From Dicyema japonicum (Eukaryota; Animalia; Dicyemida), in the NCBI GenBank assembly GCA_011109175.1, contig RDEW01000076.1, positions 71,951-135,950 on the forward strand: a stretch of DNA of 64,000 nt, written 5' to 3'. Position 1 is the stretch's first letter. Each line of letters starts with the position of its first letter. Of this stretch, positions 26,661-38,809 are shown piece after piece. The notes under the pieces are model-generated. The model ran no database searches and was not told the DNA's origin. It saw nothing but the letters and a program-made list of their open reading frames with translations. The position numbers were made by a program, and so were the translations under genes.

Positions 26661-27051
26661 GTTTATTTAATAAATTTTATTTTGGCGCACCACAATCAAT
26701 AAATGTATAATATTGTATAATAGTTCTCAAATTATGAACTTAAATTAATCTAATTTATTAATAAAATAATTCTCATTTAAGTAATACTCTCATTAGTTAA
26801 TTGCTCTTAAAATTAATGTTCGCGCAATTTACTCTTCAATTGCTTAATAGAATTCACTCAAGTTAATCCATAATAGATAATGTATTATATCATATTTGAG
26901 GACATTTTAATTACCCCCCAATTCGTTTGTGAAAAGAGCGAACTTTCGTTTTTTTCACTTCCACTATTTCCAGACAGTCTTGGATAGTTATAGCCACTTC
27001 TATGGTAGTTATGTCCCCGATAACTGGTTTTTTTTTGCGTTCTATAGCCAT

Positions 27052-27268
27052 CCATAAATAATAATTGTATATCAAGGTTAGTGCGCACTAGAAATGCCCC
27101 GATAACTAGTTTTTTGCGTTCTGATTGCTGTGTCTACCTTTGTCAAAAAATTAGCATTGACTCCTCATTACTCAAGATTGTCAGTTTTTTCTCCGATGTA
27201 GTTTTTCAGAGTCAATAATCAGCGTTTTCTAGTGCGCAGTAACCTTGATATACAATTATTATTTATGG
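27052..27268. repeat. 43-bp inverted repeat (1 mismatch) enclosing 131 bp; MITE-like or foldback
   Basis: CCATAAATAATAATTGTATATCAAGGTTA(G/C)TGCGCACTAGAAA at 27052-27094, with its reverse complement at 27226-27268. Confidence 0.9.
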
Positions 27269-29426
27269 TACTCACTTAGTTATGGTTTAGGGATTATTCA
27301 TCCATTTTCGATGATCATGAGGCTTAATTTTTTGTAATGGTGTTTCCTGTATAATTTTTGTCATTTATTTTTAAAACATTATACTAATTCACTATTTTTG
27401 ATGCATTTTGGATGATGAAATACACACAAAAAACAGATACAATTTTTGAAAATTTGAGTATTTATTCTTTATTGAAGATTACTCGAGAAAAATCGATATA
27501 ATCACACTACTGGCCTAAGAAAATCAATGGAGTGTGACAAATTATGTAAGCACAGTTGACTTTGCATACAGCCTGTTAGCTACTGTGGGGGATTTATCTC
27601 AATCAGCACTAATTCAGCTATTTCACAGGGGGTTAATGCATACTCTGTTTAGCCAGTTTGACCATATTGATCAAACCATAAATTATTTGGAGACCCTGAT
27701 TTAAACCTTATTCTAGTAAGAGACAGTGGGGATTGCCACGGACAAGGTAATTTGAAGACGCTATGAAGACAATCTTCATTCGTGGTGGTCTCTGAGTCAC
27801 GTAGAATCGAATTCCCGGTTTCTTTGACTACTCCTTTATCTATTCTTTAGACCTCTCCAGAAGCGGAAACGGAAACGATCTGAGTATTTTTTCAGGCACC
27901 TACGTTTGGCAAGAATGCATTTGGGGAGACAGAATGATCTATCGATAGTAAATAGAAAAGGGAATCCATAACAACCAACCACCTTTACTGAGAATCTAGG
28001 ATTCTTCCCATTCGAGATTTCTTTTATTGGTCAGTCTACAGTTCTTCGAAAAGTGCAATATGCATGATCGTCCACCACATACTCTGGAACTCATCCAATA
28101 TCAGAAAATTGCTCTGACCCTATCAGATAAAGCCCAGATCCTCCACTCAACGGTATCTAATATCGATTCTTCTAGGCTTAGGCCAATACATGATCGGATT
28201 GACAAGAATGCCATCAAAAGCCTATGCTGTGACAACTTCTCGGGCATCCACTGCTAAATATCGATGGAAGTGAAACTACTTTATCTCAGTTCGAGTCAAT
28301 CCGGTATGTCTCCACTGTAGACATTAACACGCCTTAGTGGCTACAGGAGAAAAACTAGACAACGACAGGACTTCAATGATGGCATAATGGAGGATGTACC
28401 AGCAAACTCATCCTTGGCTCCTTCTACCTTAATCTATCAACAATTATTTAATTAATAGGTCCTCTCCAACATAATTGACTTAGTGTTCCCACTCAGGATG
28501 GAAACGGCTTCAATTGGAGAAGCCACTGGGTTTCGTTGACGTCACGGCTTTTGAGTGTAACCAGACGTCTCAGGTTGAGAAAATGCTTTTATTTCCCGCT
28601 TATTCCTCAAGTTGTCTCAACCACAACAGTCTGTAACGTGTAACCTTCGTACTCCTACCTTAATTAGAATCTAATTAATTTGTAATAAAGTCGATGCTCA
28701 TAATTCTGTCTCAACAACATAGAACATTACTGTGACCTCACATAAGTGAGGCTTTTTCAAAACCATAATACTCTAAAATGTGAAAATATTTGAAAAACAA
28801 GACATTTGGGAACATATACGATATGCACGATCCCACGTGGTAGGAAGATAGACATGTATTCTTGGAAGGGCAACCAAAGGTGATTTCAAACCATCTTGTT
28901 ATAATTATGATTACTGACAGCACTACATGTTGGGTCATTGGTTGGTTCCAATGATTCTTGTCATGGAATTAAAAGAGTATGTGAAGGTGACCCTTTACTT
29001 TGTTGCAATTTGGTGGGAGAAAAACTGAGACCTTCATTGAATTACAAGGCTCAGCGATGAGAAGGGTTCTAATCTTGAGAATCACAGAGTTTGTATGTCT
29101 CTTCTAAGAACTGGATGACTGCCAATCTTTAAATGCATGGAAAGAGCTAGTTGTCATAAATGTCCGACTATGTTGTCTTGAAAAAAAACCACACTAATTC
29201 AACCAATTCAAGAAGAGTTTGGAATTCTAAAATGAAGCTAGATAAATCAGAGGAACTAAATGCCCTCCGACAACATCACATTCTCAAGTGGAACACGGAG
29301 ACGCCTTTTTTGTCAACAATAATATCAATCAGGTATTTCTTCCCCCGTATTCTCAGTGCTTAAATCCAAAGTATAGTATAGACCAAATAATCGAAAAAGA
29401 TTAAGATAGTTTTTTAACATAAAATA

Positions 29427-29622
29427 AATTTATTGAACCAAAAAAACACCACCATAGCCAGAATGAAAAAAAATCAGGTGATCACGGCCTTCCTCAGCAG
29501 TCTTCGCATGCTCGGACTTGAAGAAAGTGCCGTCAGAGGAACTCCTCTAGATGGTTGTTGACTAATGGTCCTTTTTGGATATAATTTAGGATTATATCTG
29601 ACGCCACCAGAGATGGTGAACC
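29427..29622. repeat. Dispersed ~195-bp repeat of unknown class (copy 1)
   Basis: Aligns with 43336-43526; shared blocks include AATTTATTGAACCA, GCATGCTCGGACTTGAA and CCTTTTTGGATATAATT. Confidence 0.85.
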
Positions 29623-30044
29623 GCATGATTGTTTAATAAATTAAATAATGCTACACCTCACTCTTGCTTGATCTTTTAATACATACTCTCCGGAAGTAGA
29701 AAGCTTTGGCACCTCTTGCCCTCGGCTAATCTATAAGTTTAAGATAACTGTCGATTCCCACACAGCTACTTTCCTGGTGGAGAGAATCTGTTCTCGTCTG
29801 TGTCTTACGTAAAGTGAAATGCGCTATATGAACTAATAATAATACTGCACTTTACGCAGAGCCATATTAGCTATAGCTCCTCCAAGGCAGGGCATACACT
29901 TTATTTTAATACAGTATTTTAACTACTCGTAGAGGGAGAACCAAGGAATGCATTAGTAATAGAAATTAAGATAAAGAGAAACATCCGTATCATTAGAACC
30001 GTAACCTTAATTAGCCAATCAAATTAAAACAAATTATATTTTTA

Positions 30045-30090
30045 CAGTAAAACCTCCAAAATCCGATTTGCCAAAATAATCGAGAATAAC
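30045..30090. mobile_element. Isolated pogo/Tigger-type terminal repeat
   Basis: TA followed by CAGTAAAACCTC, a typical pogo/Tigger terminus; no partner end found. Confidence 0.4.
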
Positions 30091-30547
30091 AGCGCCGTTT
30101 GCTGTCTATTTTATTTTGATCGAAAAATTTTTATAATTGGAATTATTTTTATTAAAAAATTTAAAAGTTTCTTTAGGATTCTAAGAGTTTCTTAATTTTT
30201 GTTTTTTGTGAGGTTTTAGAGTACTCAGTGACATAGGAGTAGATCTATTAAGAATGTAGACCTGGTTCCAATAATCCGAACTATCCATGCGTGATCTTCG
30301 AGTGTCCCAACTTTTGAATGATATAGCCTCCGTGAATGTCTACAAAAACTCAATTGGGTGTATATGACCTGAATGAGCAATCGCATCCCCCAATGGTTTC
30401 CTGGGTCTTTGCAGAAAGCCAGGAAATTCTTCGTCTAGTTGAGTTTATTAGAGAAAAAAGCCACCAACCTCCTTTCAAACAGGTTTTAACTCCCAAAAGA
30501 TTAACAAAGACCCCACTGGGAAAAAATAATTAAATAATTCATGTAAA

Positions 30548-32550
30548 TTAAATTTTCATTAACGACTGAGCCACTGATCGAGCGTCTAGCTTTCTAAGAT
30601 CCTTATAGGTCTGTCCAGTCCCAACAAAAAGAATTGGTTGTCCAGTCACATAGGTCATTGAAAGAGCAGCACCAACCTGGCCATTAGACAACTAGTAAAC
30701 CTGGTCATCGACAGTATCGAATTTTGTAAGGAAAATTGCGTCAATATTCCTCACTTTGTCGCTATTAGAAAAGCTCTGAAGTGACTTGTTGAACTTGACT
30801 AACTGATCCACCCCGTCATTCCCCACGAGTGCTTCACCCACGAAAAGAATTAGATCCGGCTGATTATAATGGACCAACTACAAGTCAGAAACCAAAAAAC
30901 CTTTGATAGTGCCTTCATGAGGGGGTCATTGTTCTGCATCCTTCCAGCAGTATCAATCAATACAACATCGAACTTGGAATTTCTCGCTGTTTGAATGAAA
31001 AGCACATCATACCCTCAGATATCGAGGCACTCGCTATCCCATCCGCGTCCCGACCATATCCCCTCTCGAAAATAGCCACACAGTCCTCCTTGACTCCTCT
31101 CCCAAAATCCCTTGGTGGATACAACGAGGACATCCTCCTATAGTGAGTCTTCAACTGCTCGACAGCTCCAGCTCGGAAAGTATCACATGCGCCAATCATA
31201 ACTCTGTAGCCATTCTCAATCAGCCAGAAAGCGACCTAACACATCAAAGTCAGCACGTGTTACCTTTGACAGACTAGTAGACTTCCCAACACCATTAACA
31301 CCACAAAACACGATCGAATAGGGGGACATATTCTCCACTTTCTTCTTGTATATATCCCTCAGCACGTCGATGTGTCGATTCGGAGTTAGAATTTGAACAC
31401 ACGACTCATACAGAGCGTCCCTCATCGTCCTCTTCATCGCTAGCATAAAGGACATCTCAACTTGTAAAAGTCGACAGCCTTTTCCCTACCAATTTTGAGG
31501 TAACCGAAGCACAAATCCTATCGCAGACGTCGAGGGCCACATTCTTCTCTAAAATAGGACTTTATAGTTACTCATCAAATGGATTTTCATTTCCTTCGAG
31601 ACAATCTCCAAGTCAGTCTCCGTAATAGATCTCCCCTCAAAAACAGACTTGGAGGCGTTGTAAATCCTCGTAAATATGGAATTCGAGTTTACTGAATTCT
31701 CCTCCTCTTCACTGTTGCATAAAACAAAGATATACTCTTCATCACCAGAAGAGAATTCAAGAGCAGCCAGATCTCCCTTCATTTGGCCGATCTCGAAGAC
31801 ATCATATGCACTGTTGGTCTCTGTTGTCTCTGGTTCATTGCTGTAGTCGAGGACAACGTCAGTAATGTCCCCACGGAGGTCATCCCAGGTTCTTTTAGAT
31901 TTCTTCTTGGTTTCGGGATGTGAATTTTTCACAGATGTATCTTTTTTCTTGGGAACCTTTGACATCTTGGTTCCGTTCTTCAAATCATTATGTCCTTGAC
32001 TGGGAGGAACCGACGGCTTCAAAGAAGCAAGCGTCTTTTGGGACTTTCCTGATTCTTCAAATGTTCTCATCTTCCTGGGAATGAGTCAAAATGAAACCTC
32101 GGGATGTTGAGAGAAGATTTGAACTCTTCCTCCCTGTTTTTTAGGAGCTGCTGAAAAATTTTGCGGAAGGAGTTGAAATTGAGGGTCCAATATTTATCCG
32201 CCAAAATCTCAGTCTTATATTGCTCGGAAAAACGTAGTTTCACATCGTCTAAGAGAAGGTCCACGTAAGGGAGGTTCAGAAAGTTCTTGTAACCAGCCTA
32301 AATAATCAATAAGATATGTGCAACTGTATGAATTATATTGAGTTCGTTGTCTATGCGGTATTTAAAAAGGTGGGAATCTTGTTCGAAGATTGGGTGACCA
32401 GCTCTCTCCTGGTAATTAAACTTAAATAAATACGTCAATTATAGCACTCTTTATCATTTTATTGAGAGAATTTTCATACTTGTCGTAGTTGTTGTTGATA
32501 CAAAGTAAAACTATCCCACCTTTTGTGAATATTGAAAACAAGTCCAACAT
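30548..32550 (-). CDS. SRPRA: Signal recognition particle receptor subunit alpha (short GT-AG introns, frame intact)
   Basis: Start [15 protein letters not shown]; GTPase motifs [65 protein letters not shown] and GTGQTY.DL. Confidence 0.97.
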
Positions 32551-33086
32551 AATAAATAATCGTGTTTAAAATTTAAATAATAAATTTATATTTTAAATCC
32601 ATATTTTTAATAATATACTTCTCACAATGTTTGGTTCCTCCGGTCTCCATCTCGAAGCACACAATTTTGATTGTGTCATTGAAGCAGGAGGTAGTCTCTG
32701 AGGATGGGCGAGGCTACAGGAAAATATAGTAGAAAACTCGTATTAATAGGAACGGTTTAGCTCTAAGTAATGTACATTCAATCAGCAAGGATTTACATTC
32801 AATCAGTCGCATAGAAGAAAACTCTTGAAAGTGTGGTGGTTAAGCACAACCACGAGATTAAGGCAAAGATTTTATCTCTGCTTTAAGCCAACTTGTGGGA
32901 CTTTTTTGTTTTAACCTTTTTGAGATGAGGAATTTTTATATCAATATATAGATATAGGTTGAATAAAAAAGTAAGTGATGCGGAGAAAAGTATAAAAATA
33001 AGTTGGTGGTAAACTCTTCTAAGAGGAGAGTGATTGCAGTGACAGTTAACTAGATTAAATTGCTAATTAAATTTAAAAAATTTTTG

Positions 33087-33120
33087 ACCACATGGCGACA
33101 TGTGGTGCTATGTGGCTAGT
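33087..33120 (+). mobile_element. Helitron-type 3' terminus
   Basis: Perfect 8-bp stem ACCACATG-GCGA-CATGTGGT, a 9-nt spacer, then CTAG followed by T. Confidence 0.5.
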
Positions 33121-33199
33121 TTGTCATAAATTATTTTCCTCCCTACCGATAACGTCATTGGTTCCACCTTACTGAAGAGACGCCAAATGTCTGGCCAGC

Positions 33200-33320
33200 A
33201 TCAAGAGGATCCACTACTCTTTCCTCGGGGACAATGTCGTTACCTGGAGACAAGTTCTGGAACGCTGGAACGAGTCAGAAGAATTAGTTAGTTTGGTTAC
33301 CCTTGGTCTTTGGAATAAAT
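33200..33320 (+). repeat. Family B LINE 3' terminus
   Basis: Nearly the reverse complement of 63815-63925 (GGACAATGTCGTTAC.TGGAGACAAGTTCT...TTAGTTAGTTTGGTTACCCTT.GTCTTTGGAATAAATTT). Confidence 0.75.
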
Positions 33321-34859
33321 TTAATTTTAAGATTAAATTGTGTTTTCAGTTAAAATATTGATTGTACTGAAATTATCATTTTTTTAGATTTTCTAAAAAT
33401 ATCAAAATTTACATTTTCCAGAAATACTAACTTTGATGTTGCATGTAATCTATCATGTGGATTAAGATTTGCTTAAATGTCAACTATAATTGATGTGTTG
33501 CACTAAAATTTTCGGACTAAACTTTCCAAGTCAATGAACAAGCATATCAAGTAAGGTCACTATTAGAGTCGAGTCCTGGTTGTACAAAGCAAGCAAAAAA
33601 TTCCGAATTTTTCTTCCATGAATGATATTATCAGGTAAATTTTACTCTAATTTTCCTTAGGGGAGCAATTCGAAGGTGCTAATCTCAGGAGACCTGAATT
33701 TCAGTAATTTATTTCCCCAGGGGTTGTATGCCAAGGTGGCACAAAATTATGAATTCTCTAAGAGTGGAGAAGACAAAACCTGAATTGGAAAGTTGAGTGG
33801 AAATTGCATTGAGTCATCCTCTGTGGAATCTTCATTAACACTGAGGGAAGAGGGATTATTAGTTTTAATGTTTATTGGAGAAAGAAGGTGGTGAAACCAA
33901 TTAATTAGGTGATCCATAAGACAGTTGCAATAAAACTCTGTTCTTCCTACAAAGTTGCCGCCACTATCTTTTACACCACCCCGTTATTTTTTAATAAGAT
34001 TTGTGAAGATGTGGACCTCTTGTACTTTCTGGACTTTACTTCCTAAATCAGTCTGCCTGGTCGTTACAGATTCTGAGAAAACTGGTTATACTTTTTTGAT
34101 TGCAGAGTCGTTCATGATTGGAGGGAAGGTAAAGGCGTCCGACTATGCGAACCACACTATTTACGAACAGTGGAGCTAGTCATAGTGGAGGCAAAAAGGC
34201 CAAAAGTCCGCACGAACGTAGTCGATCGTCGATTCCGAAAAAATGGTTGTAAGGTATAATCAGGAGGTGGTTAATATTGCCTTTATCGACTCCATCGTAG
34301 GTGACAAAAACATCTGAGTATACCAGCAGTATTGAGTTGCTACCTCGAGGCATGTCGTTTAAAATAAATGGGAGAACTGATAAATGCGGATATTTTTGAG
34401 GAAGGTCATTAAAAACTTAAGTTCTACGTGAATATTACTCATATGGCCTATTCCAAAGACCTACACCATCACATGACCCCCAAATAAAGGTCAAGCGTCT
34501 AGAGAAAATACTTTTTGAGACAACAAAACTATGAAGAACTCGTTGTTTCGAGGATCAGATATTTTCTCCATTCCCCAACTAAAACATCGAGGATCATCTG
34601 CAATTGAGTCAATAACCCAAATCTTCAATTTATGGGTCAACGTATACAAAATCCCGTCGCAATGGAAGAAATCCATGATTTACACTTTTTGATAAAAAAC
34701 ACTGATTCAGTCTTCGATAAGGCGTCTGACTTGGTTTCTCTGAATATTCTACATCATCTCAAGTCGTAGAACCTGAGGACAAGTGATATTAAATAATAAA
34801 AATGTCAAAAATCTCGATACGTTCCATATGGAGCACCACAAAGATTCCCGTTATCCCCA

Positions 34860-35200
34860 ACATTGTTCAGACGACCTAATATTTGCAAAAAGACATCGCC
34901 TAAGGAAACGACGCAGACAGTGCAAACGACATTAAACTTGCCGAGTCTTTGGTTTTGGAAAAAAACACACTTCAGGAAAATCACGTGTACTAATGTTCAT
35001 CTCCTCACTAAAAGAGAAGAGATAATAACAGAAATCAATTTGCATGACTCCCAGAGGAGGGGGGTCATCCTCATTCCAACCAACTTGCTATCACCCACTC
35101 TAATTATAGACAGAGAAAATTGGATGTGATCAGAACTGACACCTGAAAATCTTGTGACGATCGAAACTGACCTTGTTGTTTTAGCCGGAATCGATTATAT
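34860..35200 (+). mobile_element. Possible Gypsy RT/RNase H remnant
   Basis: Weak resemblance to the LN..KC.F and DAS..G..L and Y...EKE patterns; heavily deleted. Confidence 0.3.
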
Positions 35201-35424
35201 CTGTAATCCTCCCCAAGATATGAAAAAATCTCATTTATGGAGATAAATTCAAAATTCCAAGACAAACCGTTGGAGTAACAGGTCTTGTTTAAATAGTGAC
35301 CGCCACTTTCCTGCGACAAAATCAATATATGGTATTTTTTAGTTAAAACGTAAATATTTAATTTTTTTCCTACGAATAAATTGAAAATTTAACAATAAAT
35401 ATTTAAATTTTTATAATTAATATA

Positions 35425-36155
35425 ATGTCCCTAAAAAATACGCCGCTATTACCATTACTATTCAACCTGTTTACGGCTGACATTCCGACGCCGAATGGAG
35501 AAGACGACCTGCTTCTGGCTTTTGCAGACGATATCGTCTTAGCCTCACTGGATCAGAACACCAAAACAGCGACGGAAAGAATACAACACCACATAGATCG
35601 ACTACTCAAGTGGTTTAGTGAAAATCGGATGTCAATCAATACCGAAAAATCTGTTACAACTCTCTATACCTCGGACATAAGATTGTAGAACAGGAAAATA
35701 GAAGTTACTGCGGAGGGAAGAGAATCAAATGGCAAAAAATATTGGGTCTGACTTTCGAACCTTCTGAAATGCCTAACAGGTCTATGGAAAATTGGACATC
35801 ACCCTATACTTAAAACGCTCTACTCACAGTACATCGAACCATGCATTTCATATGCGTGTACTTCATAGGGACCACTGGCATCTTATACGAACATCCAGAA
35901 AATCTCCGCAACCCAGAAAAGGGCCTTCAAACTAACCGAGAGATGGTACACAGGGGAAAACATTATATCACCGACGCCCATGGAGAAACTAATCTAAAAA
36001 TACAAGAATGGACACCAATGCCAAAAAGAAAGTGCTCGTCCGCAACTTACTTGTGTAGGCTTTTGATCAACACCGAGAAAAGATGAGAGCCTTGATCTAA
36101 TTCATCGGGATCACTTAGTTTAGTTTTTTCAATTTAACAGTGGTCTTTGGAATTG
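35425..36155 (+). mobile_element. Family B LINE RT 3' fragment plus 3' terminus
   Basis: PLLFNLFTADIP, LAFADD and MSINTEKSVTTLYTSD; ends in GGTCTTTGGAAT at 36142-36153. Confidence 0.85.
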
Positions 36156-37315
36156 ATTTAATTTAATAATTTGTTGTTGGGGCCTAAAATTCCATATTCC
36201 CACTAATATTGCGTTGAATTTGTGGCTAGGGTTCGAGCTGGTTTATGGTTATAATTAGGATTCGACTTAAGTTCGGATTAGAGTTCGGGAGAAATAACTG
36301 TTTAGACGGTCTCGTTTGGTTCCCATATGCTATTTAGCACTACCCCACATAAAGTGCCGAGGAACTTTGCATGGACTATAACTCTATCCCATTTACTGTT
36401 GTTTATCAGAAGAACTATCGGATGCAACACTAAATGCCAATCCACAATCTACCGCAGTTTATCCAGCTAATACTGACTTACGAAAGTCATATTGGATAAT
36501 GGCCATTTCACGTCCTTCCCTACATAAGGTATCCATAATCCAAGAAGTAGCCACGGTCACCTATCCTAATAATATACCTAGCCTTCCAAACAGTTTTCTC
36601 CACAAAATCTTTCTCAGATACCTTAAAAATTTCAAAATTTGAGCTATGTCCAACGAGAAAAGCATTGTTCCCGTAGAGCAGCGTTTCTATGAAAATCTTT
36701 TTATTCCAGTGGTAGTTATCTTTATTAGGGAGTCCCTGAAATTTAAGCCCAAAAGTTAATCCTCCATAGTTGAGTTAATTTACCTCATCAACTGGTGGGG
36801 ATCATTGAATAGAAATAAGACCTGGTAAATGTAGGTATTGTTTCCAGAGATCGGTCAACTTGAAAAGGTTGCGAGAAAAACGAGGACATCTTTCACATCA
36901 TCCAATTTATATTCATATGCTGGTAAAGAGATGTAAAGTAGACAAATCAGGTTTACGTGGACGTTCCTCAGAAAGAAAGGAATTTGATTGGCGGAAAGGG
37001 GCCGGCGTAGATTTTATTATAAACGAGTCTTCGGATGACTCTTGTGGAAACAAAATCAAGTATCAGTTTCAAACAACCTCAGTCTTGAGGACAGGATGGC
37101 ATAAAGGATAGCATTCAAGACTGGTCACAGACTGTCATAATGATTTTTTTGTTTAGGTTTTTGCAAAGATAGACAGAGATGTTGTGGATTGTAGGTATGG
37201 GAGAGGAATGGCTAATGTAACCAAACAAATTACGATTGTGATTCTCAAAATCTTAATTAAATTAAAAATTTAATCACTTTGATAAATATTTTTTTAATTT
37301 AAATAATTAATCATT

Positions 37316-37839
37316 ATGGTCGTTCAAGATATGCCCCCATCTGGGGGTTTCCAAAAAATAGAGTACAGAAAGATTGGGGGTTGGAAGCCATGGAACAGTA
37401 TGATTCAACATATATTAATAGATTTGCGGATATTATCATCATATATAGCATTCACTACAGCGTCATGGTGGTATTTTGCCCACTACCGCATCCGAGACAG
37501 GTTAATACTACAAATAAAGTCACAGACGCCGTCGTATAACCAATTCTGACACCATGATAGCTTTGGAGCCAATACTGACTGCAGAAAGGCAGAGAAAGTG
37601 ATGTGAATATTAATCATAGCTATGTAATCCAACTAAAGAAGAATTTACTGCTCGAAGAGAGCATAATGAGTGATGTTGATGGATGGGTTGTAGGTACTTA
37701 CTACAATGAACCGGTCTACAACAATTTGGGTGATCATTGGGTGGATCCTTCTATTGAGGAGTACTACGCACATACTTCTCAAAGACATTTAAACAAGAGA
37801 CTTAGATTCAAAAACACTAATATTACTCCTCTCTTTTAA
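37316..37839 (+). CDS. NDUFA13: NADH dehydrogenase (complex I) subunit A13 / GRIM-19, three introns of 22-25 nt
   Basis: MVVQDMPPSGGFQKIEYRK matches KQDMPPPGGYGPIDYKR. After splicing: MIALEPILTAERQR, NLLLEESIMSDVDGWVVG and RWVPP-like HWVDP. Confidence 0.93.
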
Positions 37840-38809
37840 CTAACAAACTCAACAATACTTCTTAACCTTTTTAGAGATGAGGAATTTGTATAACCCCCAA
37901 ATTCATTCTTTAATAACCCCCGTATATAATCTAGTTCCCCGACCCAAGTGGACTCACATCCAAGTATCTTCTGTTATGAGAACCTCCCTATTTGGCTTCT
38001 CTTGAGTTATAAATCTAATGACGTCTCTGGTAGTTGAAGAGGACAAAAAGCAATCTTCGACAAAGAAGGTAGTCGACCTCAGTAAATTGACACACGTAGA
38101 CATAACTGATCACTATGCTGACTGGTCAATATTCATTTGTCCACCGTGATTATGGAGCACAGTGGACTTTTCGCCTTTCTTCTCTCTCCTTGTATTTTAT
38201 AGGGATTGGAATTTCTAGGATGAATTTGTACTCAAAGTATTACATTAACTTAGTTTCGTTCATAACAATACATTGTAGTATCTTTTTCAAGACTATGTGC
38301 CTTGTTGCAGTACAATATTGTGTCACATGGGCCAAGCGATACCTATGGGCTGCCTGTTACATTAACCTTGAACCATGATTAACTTCAATTAATTTTATAA
38401 ATGATTTATTAACCACAAAAAATTAAATTTAAGTAACTTTTTTAGTCTACTCATTAATACAGTCGATATTTCTCCTTTAGAACTTTTTTATCTATCAAAT
38501 TATACTATTTAAAACTACCTCCACGCGATTATTCGATAAAATATTAATTATTTCTGCAACTGGATAATACTGAGACTCAAACTTATCCAGTCGCAATGTA
38601 TTTTGTTCCAAAGTCCTTTTTAGCCCGAACCTATTTATTAATGTTTTTAATTCATACTTTATCTCCCATGTTAAAAGTATATTTAATATTATGAACATTC
38701 ATTTTCCTATTCATAGCTTTGTAATAATTAGAATTTTCTTCAATCCATTTAATTTCGAAATTGAATCTCTTCGCATTCGGACACAAATTATCTGACTTAT
38801 CTAGATATT

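Noticed and set aside
33955-34760. MULE transposase remnant
   Set aside because: Only vague DG and C.H resemblance; insufficient for a call.
36225-36292. Interstitial telomeric (TTAGGG)n
   Set aside because: Only loose 6-nt periodicity with no exact tandem units.
38495-38698. 67-aa minus-strand ORF and the neighbouring 38115-38378 ORF
   Set aside because: No motif, no splice model and AT-rich composition; not supportable as genes.
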